Shown: positions 48,210 through 59,155 of the stretch, one piece after another
How the letters are laid out: each line of letters begins with the position of its first letter
Numbering within the stretch: the stretch's first letter is position 1
Assembly: GCA_963675665.1 (NCBI GenBank)
Contig: OY776510.1
Location: forward strand, 3,744,001 to 3,808,000
DNA from: Spirochaetia bacterium
GTDB taxonomy: Bacteria; Spirochaetota; Spirochaetia; UBA9216
Reading direction: 5' to 3'
Length of the DNA stretch: 64,000 bases
Notes under the pieces: model-generated
Told to the model about the DNA's origin: nothing
What the model saw: the letters and a program-made list of their open reading frames with translations, nothing else
The model's database searches: none
Made by a program: the position numbers and the translations under genes

Positions 48210-48960
48210 AGTTATCACTGTTGTGAATCTGAATAAACATTTCGGAGAGCTTGAAGTTCTCAAAGAGATAAATCTTGGTGTTGCGCAGGGTGACACAATT
48301 TCAATAATCGGTCCGTCGGGATCAGGAAAAAGTACCCTTTTGCGCTGCCTTATACACCTCGAAAAGCCAACTTCCGGAAGTATTCTTATCGAGAATGAAC
48401 CTGTTTCGCTTGAAAAAGACGGAAAAAAAGTTCATATCCCCGAACACCTTATAAAAGAACGTTGCCGAAAACTTGGAATGGTTTTTCAGAATTTTAATCT
48501 TTTTCCCCATAAAACCGTACTGGAAAATATCATTGAAGCTCCTGTAACCGTCAGCGGAAAAAGCAGAAAAGAGGCTGCAGGACAGGCGGAAAAACTGCTT
48601 TCACAGGTTGGCCTGAGCGACAAAAAAGATACGTACCCGTGTTATTTATCAGGAGGTCAAAAACAGAGGGTTGCAATAGCGCGTGCGCTTGCGATGGAAC
48701 CCGATGTAATGCTGTTCGATGAACCTACCAGCGCCCTGGATCCTGAACTTATAGGCGAGGTTCTTTCCGTAATAAAAAAACTTGCAATTGAAAAGATGAC
48801 AATGTTAATAGTAACACACGAGATGAGTTTTGCCCGCGAAGTTTCAGACACGGTTGTTTTTATGGATGAAGGAAGGATAATAGAAACCGCCCGGCCTGCA
48901 AAGCTTTTCACCAATCCTGATCATCCCAGAATTAAATCCTTTCTTGATAAAATGCTGTAA
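48202..48960 (+). CDS. Polar amino acid ABC transporter ATP-binding protein
   Basis: [26 protein letters not shown] and [10 protein letters not shown] motifs. Confidence 0.92.
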   Translation: MNEVITVVNLNKHFGELEVLKEINLGVAQGDTISIIGPSGSGKSTLLRCLIHLEKPTSGSILIENEPVSLEKDGKKVHIPEHLIKERCRKLGMVFQNFNLFPHKTVLENIIEAPVTVSGKSRKEAAGQAEKLLSQVGLSDKKDTYPCYLSGGQKQRVAIARALAMEPDVMLFDEPTSALDPELIGEVLSVIKKLAIEKMTMLIVTHEMSFAREVSDTVVFMDEGRIIETARPAKLFTNPDHPRIKSFLDKML

Positions 48961-48966
48961 TTTTCC

Positions 48967-49023
48967 TTGACCTGGTTGCAATAACCTACTATATTTACCG
49001 TGATTAGTTGCAATAGCATACTA
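48967..49023 (+). promoter_or_regulatory. Sigma-70 promoter with two MarR-type operator repeats
   Basis: TTGACC-17-TATATT; imperfect palindromes TGGTTGCAATAACCTACTA (48973-48991) and TAGTTGCAATAGCATACTA (49005-49023). Confidence 0.65.
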
Positions 49024-49041
49024 TTTTTATCGGAGAGTTAA

Positions 49042-49488
49042 ATGCATCATTCACCGGGACATTATATTTCTTCGGCGTACCGCCATCTTCAGATTTATCT
49101 GAATAACCGGTTTTCCGTTCTCGGCTTCGGCAGCGGACAGTACCTGTTCTTTAGCCATATTGCGCATAATGAAGGAATAACACAAAAAGAACTCAGCAGA
49201 CAATTGGCTGTAGATAAAGCTACCGCGGCAAAAGCTGTCCACAAATTGTGCCGGCTGGGATACCTCGAGCAGCGTCAGAATATCCTGGACAAACGTTACA
49301 ACAACCTATTTATTTCGGACAAAGGCAGGGGTATTTTACCCGAAGTCGAAAAAATTCTTTTCAATACCCGGGACATTCTTCAGTCGGGAATGAATAAAGA
49401 AGAACAACAGCAGATGTTGCGTCTGCTTGATTTAATGCTGAAAAACCTGACCGCCGAAGTGGATAAAATCAGGAGAACAGATGACTGA
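49042..49488 (+). CDS. MarR-family regulator
   Basis: GITQKELS...VDKAT...DKR winged-HTH pattern. Confidence 0.9.
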   Translation: MHHSPGHYISSAYRHLQIYLNNRFSVLGFGSGQYLFFSHIAHNEGITQKELSRQLAVDKATAAKAVHKLCRLGYLEQRQNILDKRYNNLFISDKGRGILPEVEKILFNTRDILQSGMNKEEQQQMLRLLDLMLKNLTAEVDKIRRTDD

Positions 49489-50833
49489 CAGGATAAAAAT
49501 AATTACAAACAACAGCGAAACAGGTGTTCTTGCCGGTTTGGCTTTTCCGATGATGGCGGGAATTCTCGGGATGAGCATTTTCAATCTTATGGATACCTTT
49601 TTCGTTGGCAAACTTGGAACGGTTGAACTTGCCGCACTCTCTTTCACTTTTCCCGTAGTACTGATAGTAAGCAGCGCCGCCCACGGTCTCGGTGTTGGAA
49701 TGACGGCGGCGGTATCCAAGGCTGCGGGCATGAACGACCGAAACAGATTAAAGAACATTATCAGCTGGGGCCTGCTGCTCGCGCTGATAATAGTTACAGC
49801 TATTGTAATTGTCGGCCAGCTTACAATTGAACCGGTTTTCAGGGCCCTCGGTGCTGATGATCAAACGCTTCCGGTAATCATTGAATATATGAGGATATGG
49901 TATTTCGGAGCAATATTTGTAGTAATTCCAATGGTCGGAAATTCGGCAATCAGGGGATTGGGCGACACACGGCTGCCTTCGATGGTCATGCTTGTCGCCG
50001 CAGCAATAAATACTGTTCTTGACCCTCTCCTTATCTTTGGGCTAGGGCCTTTTCCCGAACTGGGCGTTGCGGGCGCAGCAACAGCAACCGTGGCAGCACG
50101 TTTTTCTACATTTTGTGTTGCATTATGGGTGCTGATAAAAAGAGAAAAAGTCATATCCGTTCCCGATCTTTCCGCCGCGGCAGAGACCTGGAAGGAAATT
50201 CTTTTTGTCGGCGTTCCCAATATTCTAACAAAACTTATATTACCCTTCGGCGCCGCCATAATCACCAGGCTTATTTCTATTCACGGACGTGAAGCAGTTG
50301 CCGGATTCGGAGTTGCAGGCAAACTCGAGATGTTTGCCCTTATTCCTCTTATGGCTCTTACATCGATCATGCCGGTATTTATAGGCCAGAACATGGGCGC
50401 CGGAAAAAAAGACAGAGTAATTAAAAGCCTGTCTATAAGCGGAAAATTTTCTGTTTTTTACGGTTTATCCATCTATATAATACTGCTTCTTTCCGGACGG
50501 GCTATCGGAAGACTATTCAATGATAATCCTGATGTCATTAATACTGTCGCACTCTATCTTTCAATCGTGCCTGCAGCATACTGTTTTCGAAACATGATGG
50601 ATCTGTCCATCTCTGCACTTTCAGTTACCGGAAAGCCGATTCACGGAGCTCTAATCAGTATTTTTCAAATGTTTGTACTCTATGTTCCGCTTGCAATTGC
50701 AGGTTCCCGGTTATTCGGGGTTACCGGGATTTTCAGCGCGCTGTCCTTATCCCTGTTGGTAGCCGGACCGGCATCCTTCCTGCTGACAAGGAAACATATC
50801 ATAAAGATGTCTATATCAGGGAAAGCCGGTTAA
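49481..50833 (+). CDS. MATE-family efflux transporter
   Basis: 12 TM helices; DTFFVGKLG, RGLGDT, LDPLLIFG and IGQNMGAG motifs. Confidence 0.92.
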   Translation: MTDRIKIITNNSETGVLAGLAFPMMAGILGMSIFNLMDTFFVGKLGTVELAALSFTFPVVLIVSSAAHGLGVGMTAAVSKAAGMNDRNRLKNIISWGLLLALIIVTAIVIVGQLTIEPVFRALGADDQTLPVIIEYMRIWYFGAIFVVIPMVGNSAIRGLGDTRLPSMVMLVAAAINTVLDPLLIFGLGPFPELGVAGAATATVAARFSTFCVALWVLIKREKVISVPDLSAAAETWKEILFVGVPNILTKLILPFGAAIITRLISIHGREAVAGFGVAGKLEMFALIPLMALTSIMPVFIGQNMGAGKKDRVIKSLSISGKFSVFYGLSIYIILLLSGRAIGRLFNDNPDVINTVALYLSIVPAAYCFRNMMDLSISALSVTGKPIHGALISIFQMFVLYVPLAIAGSRLFGVTGIFSALSLSLLVAGPASFLLTRKHIIKMSISGKAG

Positions 50834-51203
50834 GTTCCTTCTCAAGCTGATCCCTTGAAAAAGGTTTAACAAGATATCCGTCGCATAATTCATAAAAAGC
50901 GCCCATTACAGTTTTTACATCATCGAGCGCAGTAGTCATTACAATCCTGGATCTTGCCGAATATTTAATATTTGCATCGTCTTCGAGTTTACGGATTGTC
51001 TTCAATGCTGTGTGGCCGTCCATCTCCGGCATCATAATATCCAGACAGATAAAATCATATATTTCGTTCTTCTTTAATGCTTCGGCGCATACCTTAACTG
51101 CCTCATTTCCGTTTACAGCGATATGAGAAGTCCCGTACGGTTTTAACAGCTCCTGAAGCAAAAGCCTGCATGTAAAGTCATCTTCAACAATAAGTGTTTT
51201 CAT
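50811..51203 (-). CDS. Single-domain response regulator (CheY-like)
   Basis: LIVEDD, LDIMMPEMDG, TTA and YLVKP motifs. Confidence 0.9.
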   Translation of the reverse strand: MKTLIVEDDFTCRLLLQELLKPYGTSHIAVNGNEAVKVCAEALKKNEIYDFICLDIMMPEMDGHTALKTIRKLEDDANIKYSARSRIVMTTALDDVKTVMGAFYELCDGYLVKPFSRDQLEKELNRLSLI

Positions 51204-51300
51204 TCCGGCATACTAAATTTTTTTTATAATAATTTCAAACTGTTTTAGTAATATATAAAGCATTTTTTGATTAATTTTTCATTAAAAAATTAATCAAAAC

Positions 51301-51370
51301 TTGACAATTTTTTTAACCCATGTGAAACTGTTGATATGATCAGTAATATTACTTATAGTATATTACTAGT
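51301..51370 (+). promoter_or_regulatory. Promoter/operator region of the GntR operon
   Basis: TTGACA at 51301; palindrome AGTAATATTACT (51342-51353) and near-repeat TAGTATATTACTA (51356-51368). Confidence 0.5.
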
Positions 51371-51405
51371 CTTACGATTACTTCAGAGATATACAGGGGT
51401 ATCAT

Positions 51406-52065
51406 ATGAGCGATTCCAAAAATACTTTAAAATCCCAGGTTTACGAAAGCATACTTACCAAAATCATAAACAATGAATTTCCAATGGAATCGCTGCTTGT
51501 CGAAAATCAACTGACAAAAATGTTCAATGTCAGCAGGGCGCCTGTTCGAGAGGCTCTTATCGAATTGTGCCGTGAAGACATTCTCACCAACATTCCACGG
51601 GCCGGATACCAGATTGTCCGTATTTCGGAAAAGCAGATGCGTGATGCGTTTCAGCTTCGTTTGATTCTTGAACTGGAAGGCTGTCGCCTTGCTTTTGAAA
51701 GAATGTCCGACGCAAATGTTGAAGAACTGACAAATATTGCAGCAGACTCGGACCGTATCAGGGCTGAGGGAAAAAGCTCTGATTCTCTTGATTTAAAAAT
51801 GCAGCTTAATGATCAGTTTCATTTGCGTCTGAACGAGCTTTCCGGTAATGCGCTAATTCATAAAACACTCACTGAAACATTCAATCTTATCAGAAGAGGT
51901 CTGGCTCAGGTAATGATACAGGAATACGGACTGCCCTCTCCCGACATCACATATCATACCGGGCTGGTTCAGGGATTACAGGAAAGAAACCTGGAAAAGG
52001 CGTTAGAAAACCTGGAAAATGACATTCTTGTTTACAAGCAGAATGTATGGAGCAGAGTTTTTTAA
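51406..52065 (+). CDS. GntR-family (FCD) regulator
   Basis: VSRAPVREAL HTH; LRLILE and NDQFH motifs. Confidence 0.9.
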   Translation: MSDSKNTLKSQVYESILTKIINNEFPMESLLVENQLTKMFNVSRAPVREALIELCREDILTNIPRAGYQIVRISEKQMRDAFQLRLILELEGCRLAFERMSDANVEELTNIAADSDRIRAEGKSSDSLDLKMQLNDQFHLRLNELSGNALIHKTLTETFNLIRRGLAQVMIQEYGLPSPDITYHTGLVQGLQERNLEKALENLENDILVYKQNVWSRVF

Positions 52066-52127
52066 TCATATGTAACGGAGGTAACCCCTTAACGGGCTTC
52101 CGAACAAATTTTTATAATGGAGGAATT

Positions 52128-53267
52128 ATGAAAAGCAAAGCAAAGGTTATCGTTATCCTGCTTGTTCTGGCACTGCTGGCAATACCTGTTTTCGCAGGCG
52201 GTCAGCAGGAAGCAAGCAACGATGACAGCGACACAATCCACATCGCGCTGACGGCGCCGATTACCGGAGATTACTCCGAATACGGCAAAAACTTTCAACG
52301 CTCTGTAGAGATGGGAATTGAGTTTATCAATGCAGACGGCGGTGTACTTGGAAAAGAACTTGTTCTTTCGGTAGGCGATTCCAAAGGCGACCCCAAAGAA
52401 TCAGCAACGCTGGCACAGAAATGGACTTCTGATCCTACTATTGTTGCGCAGATTGGAGACTTTACTTCTACCTGTTGTATGGCTTCACAGCCTATCTACG
52501 ATCAGGCACAGATGGTACAGCTCTCACCTACTGCCAGTCATACAGATTATGCAAAGGGTTCAACCTGGAGCTTCGGCATAGTCGGTACACAGGCAGCAGA
52601 AGGTCCTTTCATGGCTGATTTTGCATACAATGAGCTGGGACTCAGAACAATTGCAGTCATCAACATTAATAATGACTGGGGCGTTGATACCCAGAAATAC
52701 TTCTCTGAAGCCTTCAAAAAACTCGGCGGTAAAATAATAGCAAAAGAATCTTACTTCGATGGAGAAAAAGACTTTACTGCAATATTGACAAAACTGAAAA
52801 CTTCAAATCCGGATGCTCTTTTCATGGCAGCCATGTATAACGACGGTGCGCTTATCAGCAAACAGCGCGCTAAACTTGGATGGGATGTTACAGTAGTCGG
52901 ACCTTCTTCACTTTATTCAGAACAGCTTCTTAATCTGGGCGGAGACGCAGTTGAAGGACTTTATACCAATGTAAGTTTCTTTACTGAAGATCCGGATCCT
53001 GCAGTACAGTCATATGTATCTGAATTCGAATCACGTTACGGCATCAAACCTAATTTCCACGCTGCACTTGCTTTCGATGCTATCAACCTTCTTGCAGATG
53101 CAATTGAAAAAGCCGGAACAACAGATCGGGCCGCAATACGTGAAGCTCTTTCCGGCACAAAGGACTTTGACGCTCTTACGGGATCAATTACCTTCACTCC
53201 GGTAGGTGACGCTGTTAAACAGTACACAAGAGTATGGATCAAGGACGGAAAATTCAAGGTTTATTAA
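52128..53267 (+). CDS. Liv-type ABC transporter substrate-binding protein
   Basis: Signal peptide FAGGQQE; APITG, GGVLGK, DSKGDP and KDFTAILTK motifs. Confidence 0.9.
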   Translation: MKSKAKVIVILLVLALLAIPVFAGGQQEASNDDSDTIHIALTAPITGDYSEYGKNFQRSVEMGIEFINADGGVLGKELVLSVGDSKGDPKESATLAQKWTSDPTIVAQIGDFTSTCCMASQPIYDQAQMVQLSPTASHTDYAKGSTWSFGIVGTQAAEGPFMADFAYNELGLRTIAVININNDWGVDTQKYFSEAFKKLGGKIIAKESYFDGEKDFTAILTKLKTSNPDALFMAAMYNDGALISKQRAKLGWDVTVVGPSSLYSEQLLNLGGDAVEGLYTNVSFFTEDPDPAVQSYVSEFESRYGIKPNFHAALAFDAINLLADAIEKAGTTDRAAIREALSGTKDFDALTGSITFTPVGDAVKQYTRVWIKDGKFKVY

Positions 53268-53287
53268 AACCTGTTCAATTCTATCTA

Positions 53288-53312
53288 TGGAGCCTGGTAA
53301 TGCCAGGCTCCA
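53288..53312 (+). other. Intercistronic stem-loop after the binding-protein gene
   Basis: TGGAGCCTGG-taatg-CCAGGCTCCA 10-bp stem with only a short U-tract. Confidence 0.6.
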
Positions 53313-53342
53313 CTTTCAAGAATCAAGTTTAAGGGGTTACTG

Positions 53343-54209
53343 ATGTTACTGCAACAGTTAATTAATGGTATTACCCAGGGCAGTATTTTCGCACTTTTAG
53401 CAATTTGTTTTTCGCTGGTCTGGGGATTATTGAAAATGGTAAACTTCGCGCTGGGCGAAATATATATGTTCGGCGGTTTCATGGGCTGGCTTATAGTCAC
53501 ATATTTTACCAAAAATATTTTTGTAGCCATGGCGGCCGGAATCATCATCGGCTGGTTTCTTGGCTGGATAATAGAGAAATCAGCATTCAAGGCACTTCGC
53601 GGTGCACCTCATATAGCATCGCTTATTTGTACCCTTGGGTTCTCGGTACTTCTCAAAGAGCTTGCTAACGTTCTGTTCGGTGCCGAGACAAAATCAATGC
53701 CCGATTTTTTCAGCTCTTCAGCTTTCACTATCGGACCGGCAAATATTACCTGGCTTCAGGTGATAATGATTGTCACTGCGGTAATCATTCTGGTCGGTCT
53801 GCAGTTGTTCATTTATAAAACGAAACTCGGTCTTGGGATCAGGGCAGTTTCGCTTGATTACCAGGCAGCAGGCTTAATGGGAATCAATGTAGACAGGGTA
53901 ATTTCTGTTGCATTTTCACTATCCGGAGCTCTTGCTGGTTTAATTGGTGTTCTCGGGGCAACTTACTATAATGCTGTAAATCCGCATATCGGGTTTGCAC
54001 CAGGAATGAAGGGATTCACAGCCGCGGTTTTCGGCGGAATAACATCTATCCCGGGAGCAATTCTCGGCGGCTATCTGTTAGGCATTATTGAGAACCTCAG
54101 TGTTCAGTTTGTTGCATCGGGGTACAGGGACTTTATCGCATATTCGATTCTGATCCTGTTTCTGCTCTTCAGACCGAACGGAATTCTCGGTAAAAAATCC
54201 AAGCTGTAG
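53343..54209 (+). CDS. Liv-type ABC permease (LivH-like)
   Basis: QQLING..GSIFAL, GLGIRAV..D..AA.LMGINV and AAVFGG motifs. Confidence 0.9.
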   Translation: MLLQQLINGITQGSIFALLAICFSLVWGLLKMVNFALGEIYMFGGFMGWLIVTYFTKNIFVAMAAGIIIGWFLGWIIEKSAFKALRGAPHIASLICTLGFSVLLKELANVLFGAETKSMPDFFSSSAFTIGPANITWLQVIMIVTAVIILVGLQLFIYKTKLGLGIRAVSLDYQAAGLMGINVDRVISVAFSLSGALAGLIGVLGATYYNAVNPHIGFAPGMKGFTAAVFGGITSIPGAILGGYLLGIIENLSVQFVASGYRDFIAYSILILFLLFRPNGILGKKSKL

Positions 54210-54221
54210 GGGGTAATTAAA

Positions 54222-55229
54222 ATGGATAAATTCAAGAAATTCGCCGCCGAACACAAGCTTGTTTTCGGTATAGTCATTGCTGTCCTGCTTGTTCTGGCGC
54301 CTTTTATTCTCGGCAGCCCCTATCTTGTCAGGGTTGCTATAATGATTTGCATATTCGTTATTCTTTCATCCAGTCTCAATCTGATTATTGGATTCACCGG
54401 AATGTTTTCACTGGCGCATGCCGCATTCTACGGCCTCGGCGCTTACTGTTCCGCCCTTCTTGCAACCAACTTCGGTCTTCCCTTCCTTGTGACTCTGCCG
54501 ATTGCCGGAATCTTTGCGGGACTGCTCGGAGCATTTGTAGGCCTGGCCACATTAAGACTCAGAGAGACATTCCTGGTATTCGGGACCCTTGCCTTCGGCG
54601 AGATAGTACGAATCGTTATAATGAACTGGAATTCCGTCACCAGGGGGCCAATGGGCGTGCCCGGAATACCTTTTCCGAAAATATTCGGACTGGAATTCAG
54701 CAATTATACCCTTTATTACTACCTTGTGCTTGTATTTGCTGCCGTTATCGTATTTTTGATATACAGAATGTACAATTCCAGAATCGGCCGTGCGTTTATC
54801 GCTCTTCGTGAGGATGAAACAGGTGCCTCTTCAATGGGAGTTTTCGTCTTCGGCTACAAGGTATGGGCTTTTACTCTCGGCTGTTTTTTTGCCGGAATTG
54901 CCGGAGCGCTTTATGCACACTTTGTGAGATACATTTCTGCCGACCAGTTCGGAGTTAACGAATCCTTCGCTATTCTCACCATGGTTGCGCTCGGCGGAAC
55001 GGGTTCAATTATAGGGCCTATTGTCGGCGCTGTGATTCTCATGGTTTTCCCGGAGCTGTTCAGGTTCCTCGAAGAATACCGAATGGTTCTCTACGGGTTG
55101 ATTCTTATTTCAATAATGATGTTCAAACCCGAGGGCATAGCAGGATTCAAGGGAATGTTTCCACGAGATTTTGATATGTCGTCCATATTCAAACGCCGCA
55201 AAAAAGTTGCTGAATCGGAGGAGGCATAA
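54222..55229 (+). CDS. Liv-type ABC permease (LivM-like)
   Basis: SLNLIIGFTG..SLAHAAFYG, TLAFGEI and GRAFIALREDE motifs. Confidence 0.9.
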   Translation: MDKFKKFAAEHKLVFGIVIAVLLVLAPFILGSPYLVRVAIMICIFVILSSSLNLIIGFTGMFSLAHAAFYGLGAYCSALLATNFGLPFLVTLPIAGIFAGLLGAFVGLATLRLRETFLVFGTLAFGEIVRIVIMNWNSVTRGPMGVPGIPFPKIFGLEFSNYTLYYYLVLVFAAVIVFLIYRMYNSRIGRAFIALREDETGASSMGVFVFGYKVWAFTLGCFFAGIAGALYAHFVRYISADQFGVNESFAILTMVALGGTGSIIGPIVGAVILMVFPELFRFLEEYRMVLYGLILISIMMFKPEGIAGFKGMFPRDFDMSSIFKRRKKVAESEEA

Positions 55230-55231
55230 TT

Positions 55232-55996
55232 ATGATACTTGATATTAAGAATTTAAATAAATCCTTCGGCGGACTCAAGGCTGTAAACAATGTTAATATG
55301 ACGGTTGAAAAAAACAGTATTCATGCTGTTATCGGTCCCAACGGCGCCGGAAAAACAACATTCTTCAATTGTATAACCTCTATAAAACCGTCAGATTCAG
55401 GTGAGATAATCTGGAAAGGAGAAGATATTGCAGGGCTGTCCACACATGTAATTTCAACAAAAGGCATATCACGAACCTTTCAGAATATAAGGCTTTTCTC
55501 CTACATGTCCGTGCTTGATAATGTACTTGTCGGTACGCATAACCTGACAAAATCATTCATTCTTGACGCATGTTTCCACAGCAGCCGATATCGTCGTGAA
55601 GAGAAGGAAATGCGTGAATTCGGAATGGACCTTTTAAATAAAGTCGGCCTTGCCGATAAAGCCGGCGAATACGCTAAAAACCTTCCTTACGGAGAACAGC
55701 GGAAACTTGAGATAGCTAGAGCAATGGGCAGTAAACCCGAAATCCTTCTTCTAGATGAACCTGCAGCAGGCATGAACAGCCACGAAACGGCTGAACTCGT
55801 AGATTTTATCAGCGTACTGAAAGATGAAGGTTTTACCATTCTTCTAATTGAGCACGATATGAAGCTTGTAATGAGCCTGGCCGATATAATTTCAGTTATT
55901 GATTACGGCAGCAAGATAGCTGAAGGAGCCGCTGCTGATATTCAGTCGAATGAACGGGTAATTGAAGCCTATCTCGGCAAGAGGAGGTACGAATAA
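55232..55996 (+). CDS. Liv-type ABC ATPase (LivG-like)
   Basis: FGGLKAV, GPNGAGKTT, LPYGEQRKLEIARA and LLDEPAAG motifs. Confidence 0.92.
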   Translation: MILDIKNLNKSFGGLKAVNNVNMTVEKNSIHAVIGPNGAGKTTFFNCITSIKPSDSGEIIWKGEDIAGLSTHVISTKGISRTFQNIRLFSYMSVLDNVLVGTHNLTKSFILDACFHSSRYRREEKEMREFGMDLLNKVGLADKAGEYAKNLPYGEQRKLEIARAMGSKPEILLLDEPAAGMNSHETAELVDFISVLKDEGFTILLIEHDMKLVMSLADIISVIDYGSKIAEGAAADIQSNERVIEAYLGKRRYE

Positions 55997-56712
55997 TGGG
56001 AATACTTGATATTAATAAACTTGTAGTACATTACGGAAAAATAAATGCGCTTAAGGGCGTTTCCCTTTCGGTTGAAGCCGGAGATATTGTTACAATAATC
56101 GGAGCAAACGGAGCCGGCAAAACTACTCTTCTTCAGACTGTAAGCGGCGTTATCCGGCCCACATCCGGCACTGTAAAATTCAACGGTAAGAATATTACCG
56201 GAGAACGATCGGACAACATCCTCAAACTCGGGGTAGCTCATGTTCCTGAAGGAAGACGTGTTTTCTCCGAACTTTCGGTTGAGGACAACCTCCTTTGCGG
56301 GGCCTACCTTAACAATAACAAAGAGGACAAAAAGCGGCTGCTTGATGAACAGTATGAGCTTTTTCCCAGGCTTGCCGAACGCAAAACCCAGGAGGCAGGA
56401 AGTCTCTCAGGCGGCGAGCAGCAAATGCTGGCTATTGCAAGGGGCATGATGTCCAAACCCGGAATTCTTCTTCTTGATGAACCGAGCCTTGGTCTGGCTC
56501 CGATTCTGGTAGAGCGTATTTTCGACATGATCGCCGAGATCAACAAAAAAGGAACTACAATACTCCTGGTTGAACAGAATGCAAATATAGCTCTCCACGT
56601 AGCTTCCTACGGCTACATACTCGAAACGGGAAAGATAACGGTTGAAGATACAACCGAAGTACTGAGAAGCGATGACACCGTTCAGAAAGCATATCTCGGT
56701 ATAGCAGATTAG
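55996..56712 (+). CDS. Liv-type ABC ATPase (LivF-like)
   Basis: GANGAGKTT, VPEGRRVF, LSGGEQQMLA and LVEQNA motifs. Confidence 0.92.
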   Translation: MGILDINKLVVHYGKINALKGVSLSVEAGDIVTIIGANGAGKTTLLQTVSGVIRPTSGTVKFNGKNITGERSDNILKLGVAHVPEGRRVFSELSVEDNLLCGAYLNNNKEDKKRLLDEQYELFPRLAERKTQEAGSLSGGEQQMLAIARGMMSKPGILLLDEPSLGLAPILVERIFDMIAEINKKGTTILLVEQNANIALHVASYGYILETGKITVEDTTEVLRSDDTVQKAYLGIAD

Positions 56713-56723
56713 ATGGGGGAACA

Positions 56724-57656
56724 ATGAATAAAATTGAACGGATAGACGCAGTGCTTGCCGGTGAAAAACCGGATCGCGCGCCTGTTTCATGCTGGTATCA
56801 TTTCGGGCTGCAGTATCTGCCGGGAGAACAGTTTGCCGATATAGTGCTTTCTTTTTTTGAACATTATGATTTTGACTGGCTCAAGGTGATGAATGACTAT
56901 TTTTATCCCATGCCCGACGGTATGACGGCACTCAAAACTGCCGGTGATCTTGAAAAAATAAAAATATTCGATATCGACAACTCTCCTTTTATCGAACAGT
57001 TACGCGCTATTGCCAAAATATCAAAAGCGCTTGAAGGAAAAGCCTATTTCTGCGATACGATATTTGATCCGTATCAGGCGTTCCAGAAAAGTCCGGTAGG
57101 CGAACATTTGCCGCGGCTGATGAAAGAAGAACCGGATGCTGTTCTGAGTGCGCTGGATATTGTCAGCGACAATATAATTACCTATGCAAAAAGAACACTT
57201 GAAGCAGGCACTCACGGCATTTTCATGTCCGTTCTTGCCGGTACCGATCAGATGAGCAGAGAAGATTTTCTGAAATTCGAAAAACCCTTTGCGATGAAGG
57301 TTTTTGATGCAGTCAAGGACATGGGAGCAATGAACACCGCACATCTTCACGGTAAAAACGTGGACATAACAAATTGCCTGGACTTTCCTGTATCAGTTTT
57401 CAGCTGGGAAGACAGGCTTCCGGGCAATTTAAGCCTTGCCGAAATGAAAGCTCAATGGAACGGCTGTGTAATGGGCGGTCTTGATAATACAATCATGACC
57501 CGCAGAACACCGGAAGCGCTTATGAAACATACACGCGAGGGAATGGAGCTCGGCGGCGACAGCAGGTTCTTTCTTGCCAACGGCTGCAGCACTCCCGGTC
57601 ATATGGATCCTTATGCGCTTAAAGCAATGGTGGATGTAGCCCAGGGAAAACTTTAA
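56724..57656 (+). CDS. Uroporphyrinogen decarboxylase-fold (URO-D/MtaA superfamily) protein
   Basis: GEKPDRAPVS.W.HF, HLHG, MGGLD and LANGCS motifs; lacks the HemE RQAGRY motif. Confidence 0.8.
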   Translation: MNKIERIDAVLAGEKPDRAPVSCWYHFGLQYLPGEQFADIVLSFFEHYDFDWLKVMNDYFYPMPDGMTALKTAGDLEKIKIFDIDNSPFIEQLRAIAKISKALEGKAYFCDTIFDPYQAFQKSPVGEHLPRLMKEEPDAVLSALDIVSDNIITYAKRTLEAGTHGIFMSVLAGTDQMSREDFLKFEKPFAMKVFDAVKDMGAMNTAHLHGKNVDITNCLDFPVSVFSWEDRLPGNLSLAEMKAQWNGCVMGGLDNTIMTRRTPEALMKHTREGMELGGDSRFFLANGCSTPGHMDPYALKAMVDVAQGKL

Positions 57657-57663
57657 GAAACTT

Positions 57664-59154
57664 ATGAATTACCTTATTGTGGACTACGGAACTTCAAGCT
57701 GCCGTGCATCTCTTGTCAGCAGTGATTCAGGCAAAATAATTGCCTCATGCAGGAAAGATACCTCTGTATTGACTGTAAACAAATCAGCAGAAATTGATAC
57801 AGATACAGCCTGGGATTCAGTTCTGTCCGTAATCAGGCACATTTCAGACAATAATGCCGCCGCAGAGATTTCCGCGGTCGGGATAAGTTCGCTTCTGGGG
57901 TGGGTTTTTCTGAACAAAAACAACACTCCTGTTCAAAACAGTATTATATGGATGGATGCCCGAAACAGTACTTCGCTTGAAACCAGCATCAAAGAAAACA
58001 GCTCTGCTGTCTACAAAAAAACCGGCCGTAAACTCAGCAACGAACTTCTTGTTTCCAAATGGGCCTGGCTTCTTGAAAACAGCCCGGAAACAGCAGAGTC
58101 CGCTGTGAAAATAATCAGTTTAAAAGACGAGTTTATACGAAGACTAACCGGTGAAATAATCACGGATATTGCACATCTTGATTATACAATGCTCTGGAAT
58201 ATCAGGCAGAACAATATCGATTCCGATATGCTTGAAATTGCAAATATTAAACCCGGAATGACGGCGCCTGCGCTCTACCCCTATCAACAGGCCGGTTTTG
58301 TATCGGGCGAAGCCGCAGCTGCAACCGGGTTAAAACAGGGGACTCCCGTTATTGCAGGTTCAATTGACGGAACCACTGCAATGTACGGAGGCGGCATGGC
58401 TGAAACCGGCAAAGCAGTTCTTGTATCCGGGACTACCGATGTACTCATGACGCTAACATCCGAATATTTCCCGGATAATCCCGGATGCAGTGATGTCCTT
58501 ACTGTTAATAACGGAATGGTTCCCGGTACCTTCGCAGCAGGAGGTTCAACCGGGACTTCGGGCGGGGCGTTACTCAGAATAGTCAATCTGTTCGGCGGAG
58601 AGCTGGAGAATCTTATTGACCAGGCCTCCGGAATCACGCCCGGGGCCGAAGGTCTTCTCTTCTCAGCCGGACTGTCCGGCGAACGGGCCCCATACTGGGA
58701 CCCGGATATTACTGGAGGCCTTTTCGGTCTGCGAATGAATCATAAACCCGGTCATATAATAAGAGCCCTGCTGGAAGGCACAGCTTTTCGCCTGAGAAGA
58801 CTCGCAGATGAATTATTCATCCTTACAGGCAAACCGGAAAATTTATTTGTACTTGGAGGAGGTTCTGAAATTGAATGCTGGAACAGTATAAAAGCTGATA
58901 TTTCAGGTATCCCCTTATGCCGTCCTGCTGAAACCGAGGCTACAACAATCGGCACCGCAATGTTTTGCGACTGCTTTATGAGGAATTCATCTGATATAGA
59001 AAAAGTAAGCAAAAAATGGATAAAATCCGGCACGGACTATCCTGTTGATTCTGAAAATCACGAGATCTACAGCAGGCTTTTCCGTATCTTTGAAGGTTTT
59101 ATTGAACAAAATAAAGAAAACTATGCTGCGTTAGGCAGATTTGCAAGGATATAA
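57664..59154 (+). CDS. FGGY-family carbohydrate kinase
   Basis: VDYGTSSCRA, WMDAR, SGTT, GERAPYWD, RALLEG and GGGS motifs. Confidence 0.88.
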   Translation: MNYLIVDYGTSSCRASLVSSDSGKIIASCRKDTSVLTVNKSAEIDTDTAWDSVLSVIRHISDNNAAAEISAVGISSLLGWVFLNKNNTPVQNSIIWMDARNSTSLETSIKENSSAVYKKTGRKLSNELLVSKWAWLLENSPETAESAVKIISLKDEFIRRLTGEIITDIAHLDYTMLWNIRQNNIDSDMLEIANIKPGMTAPALYPYQQAGFVSGEAAAATGLKQGTPVIAGSIDGTTAMYGGGMAETGKAVLVSGTTDVLMTLTSEYFPDNPGCSDVLTVNNGMVPGTFAAGGSTGTSGGALLRIVNLFGGELENLIDQASGITPGAEGLLFSAGLSGERAPYWDPDITGGLFGLRMNHKPGHIIRALLEGTAFRLRRLADELFILTGKPENLFVLGGGSEIECWNSIKADISGIPLCRPAETEATTIGTAMFCDCFMRNSSDIEKVSKKWIKSGTDYPVDSENHEIYSRLFRIFEGFIEQNKENYAALGRFARI

Positions 59155-59155
59155 T

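Noticed and set aside
56724-57656. hemE assignment
   Set aside because: Lacks the RQAGRY signature and has no tetrapyrrole gene context.
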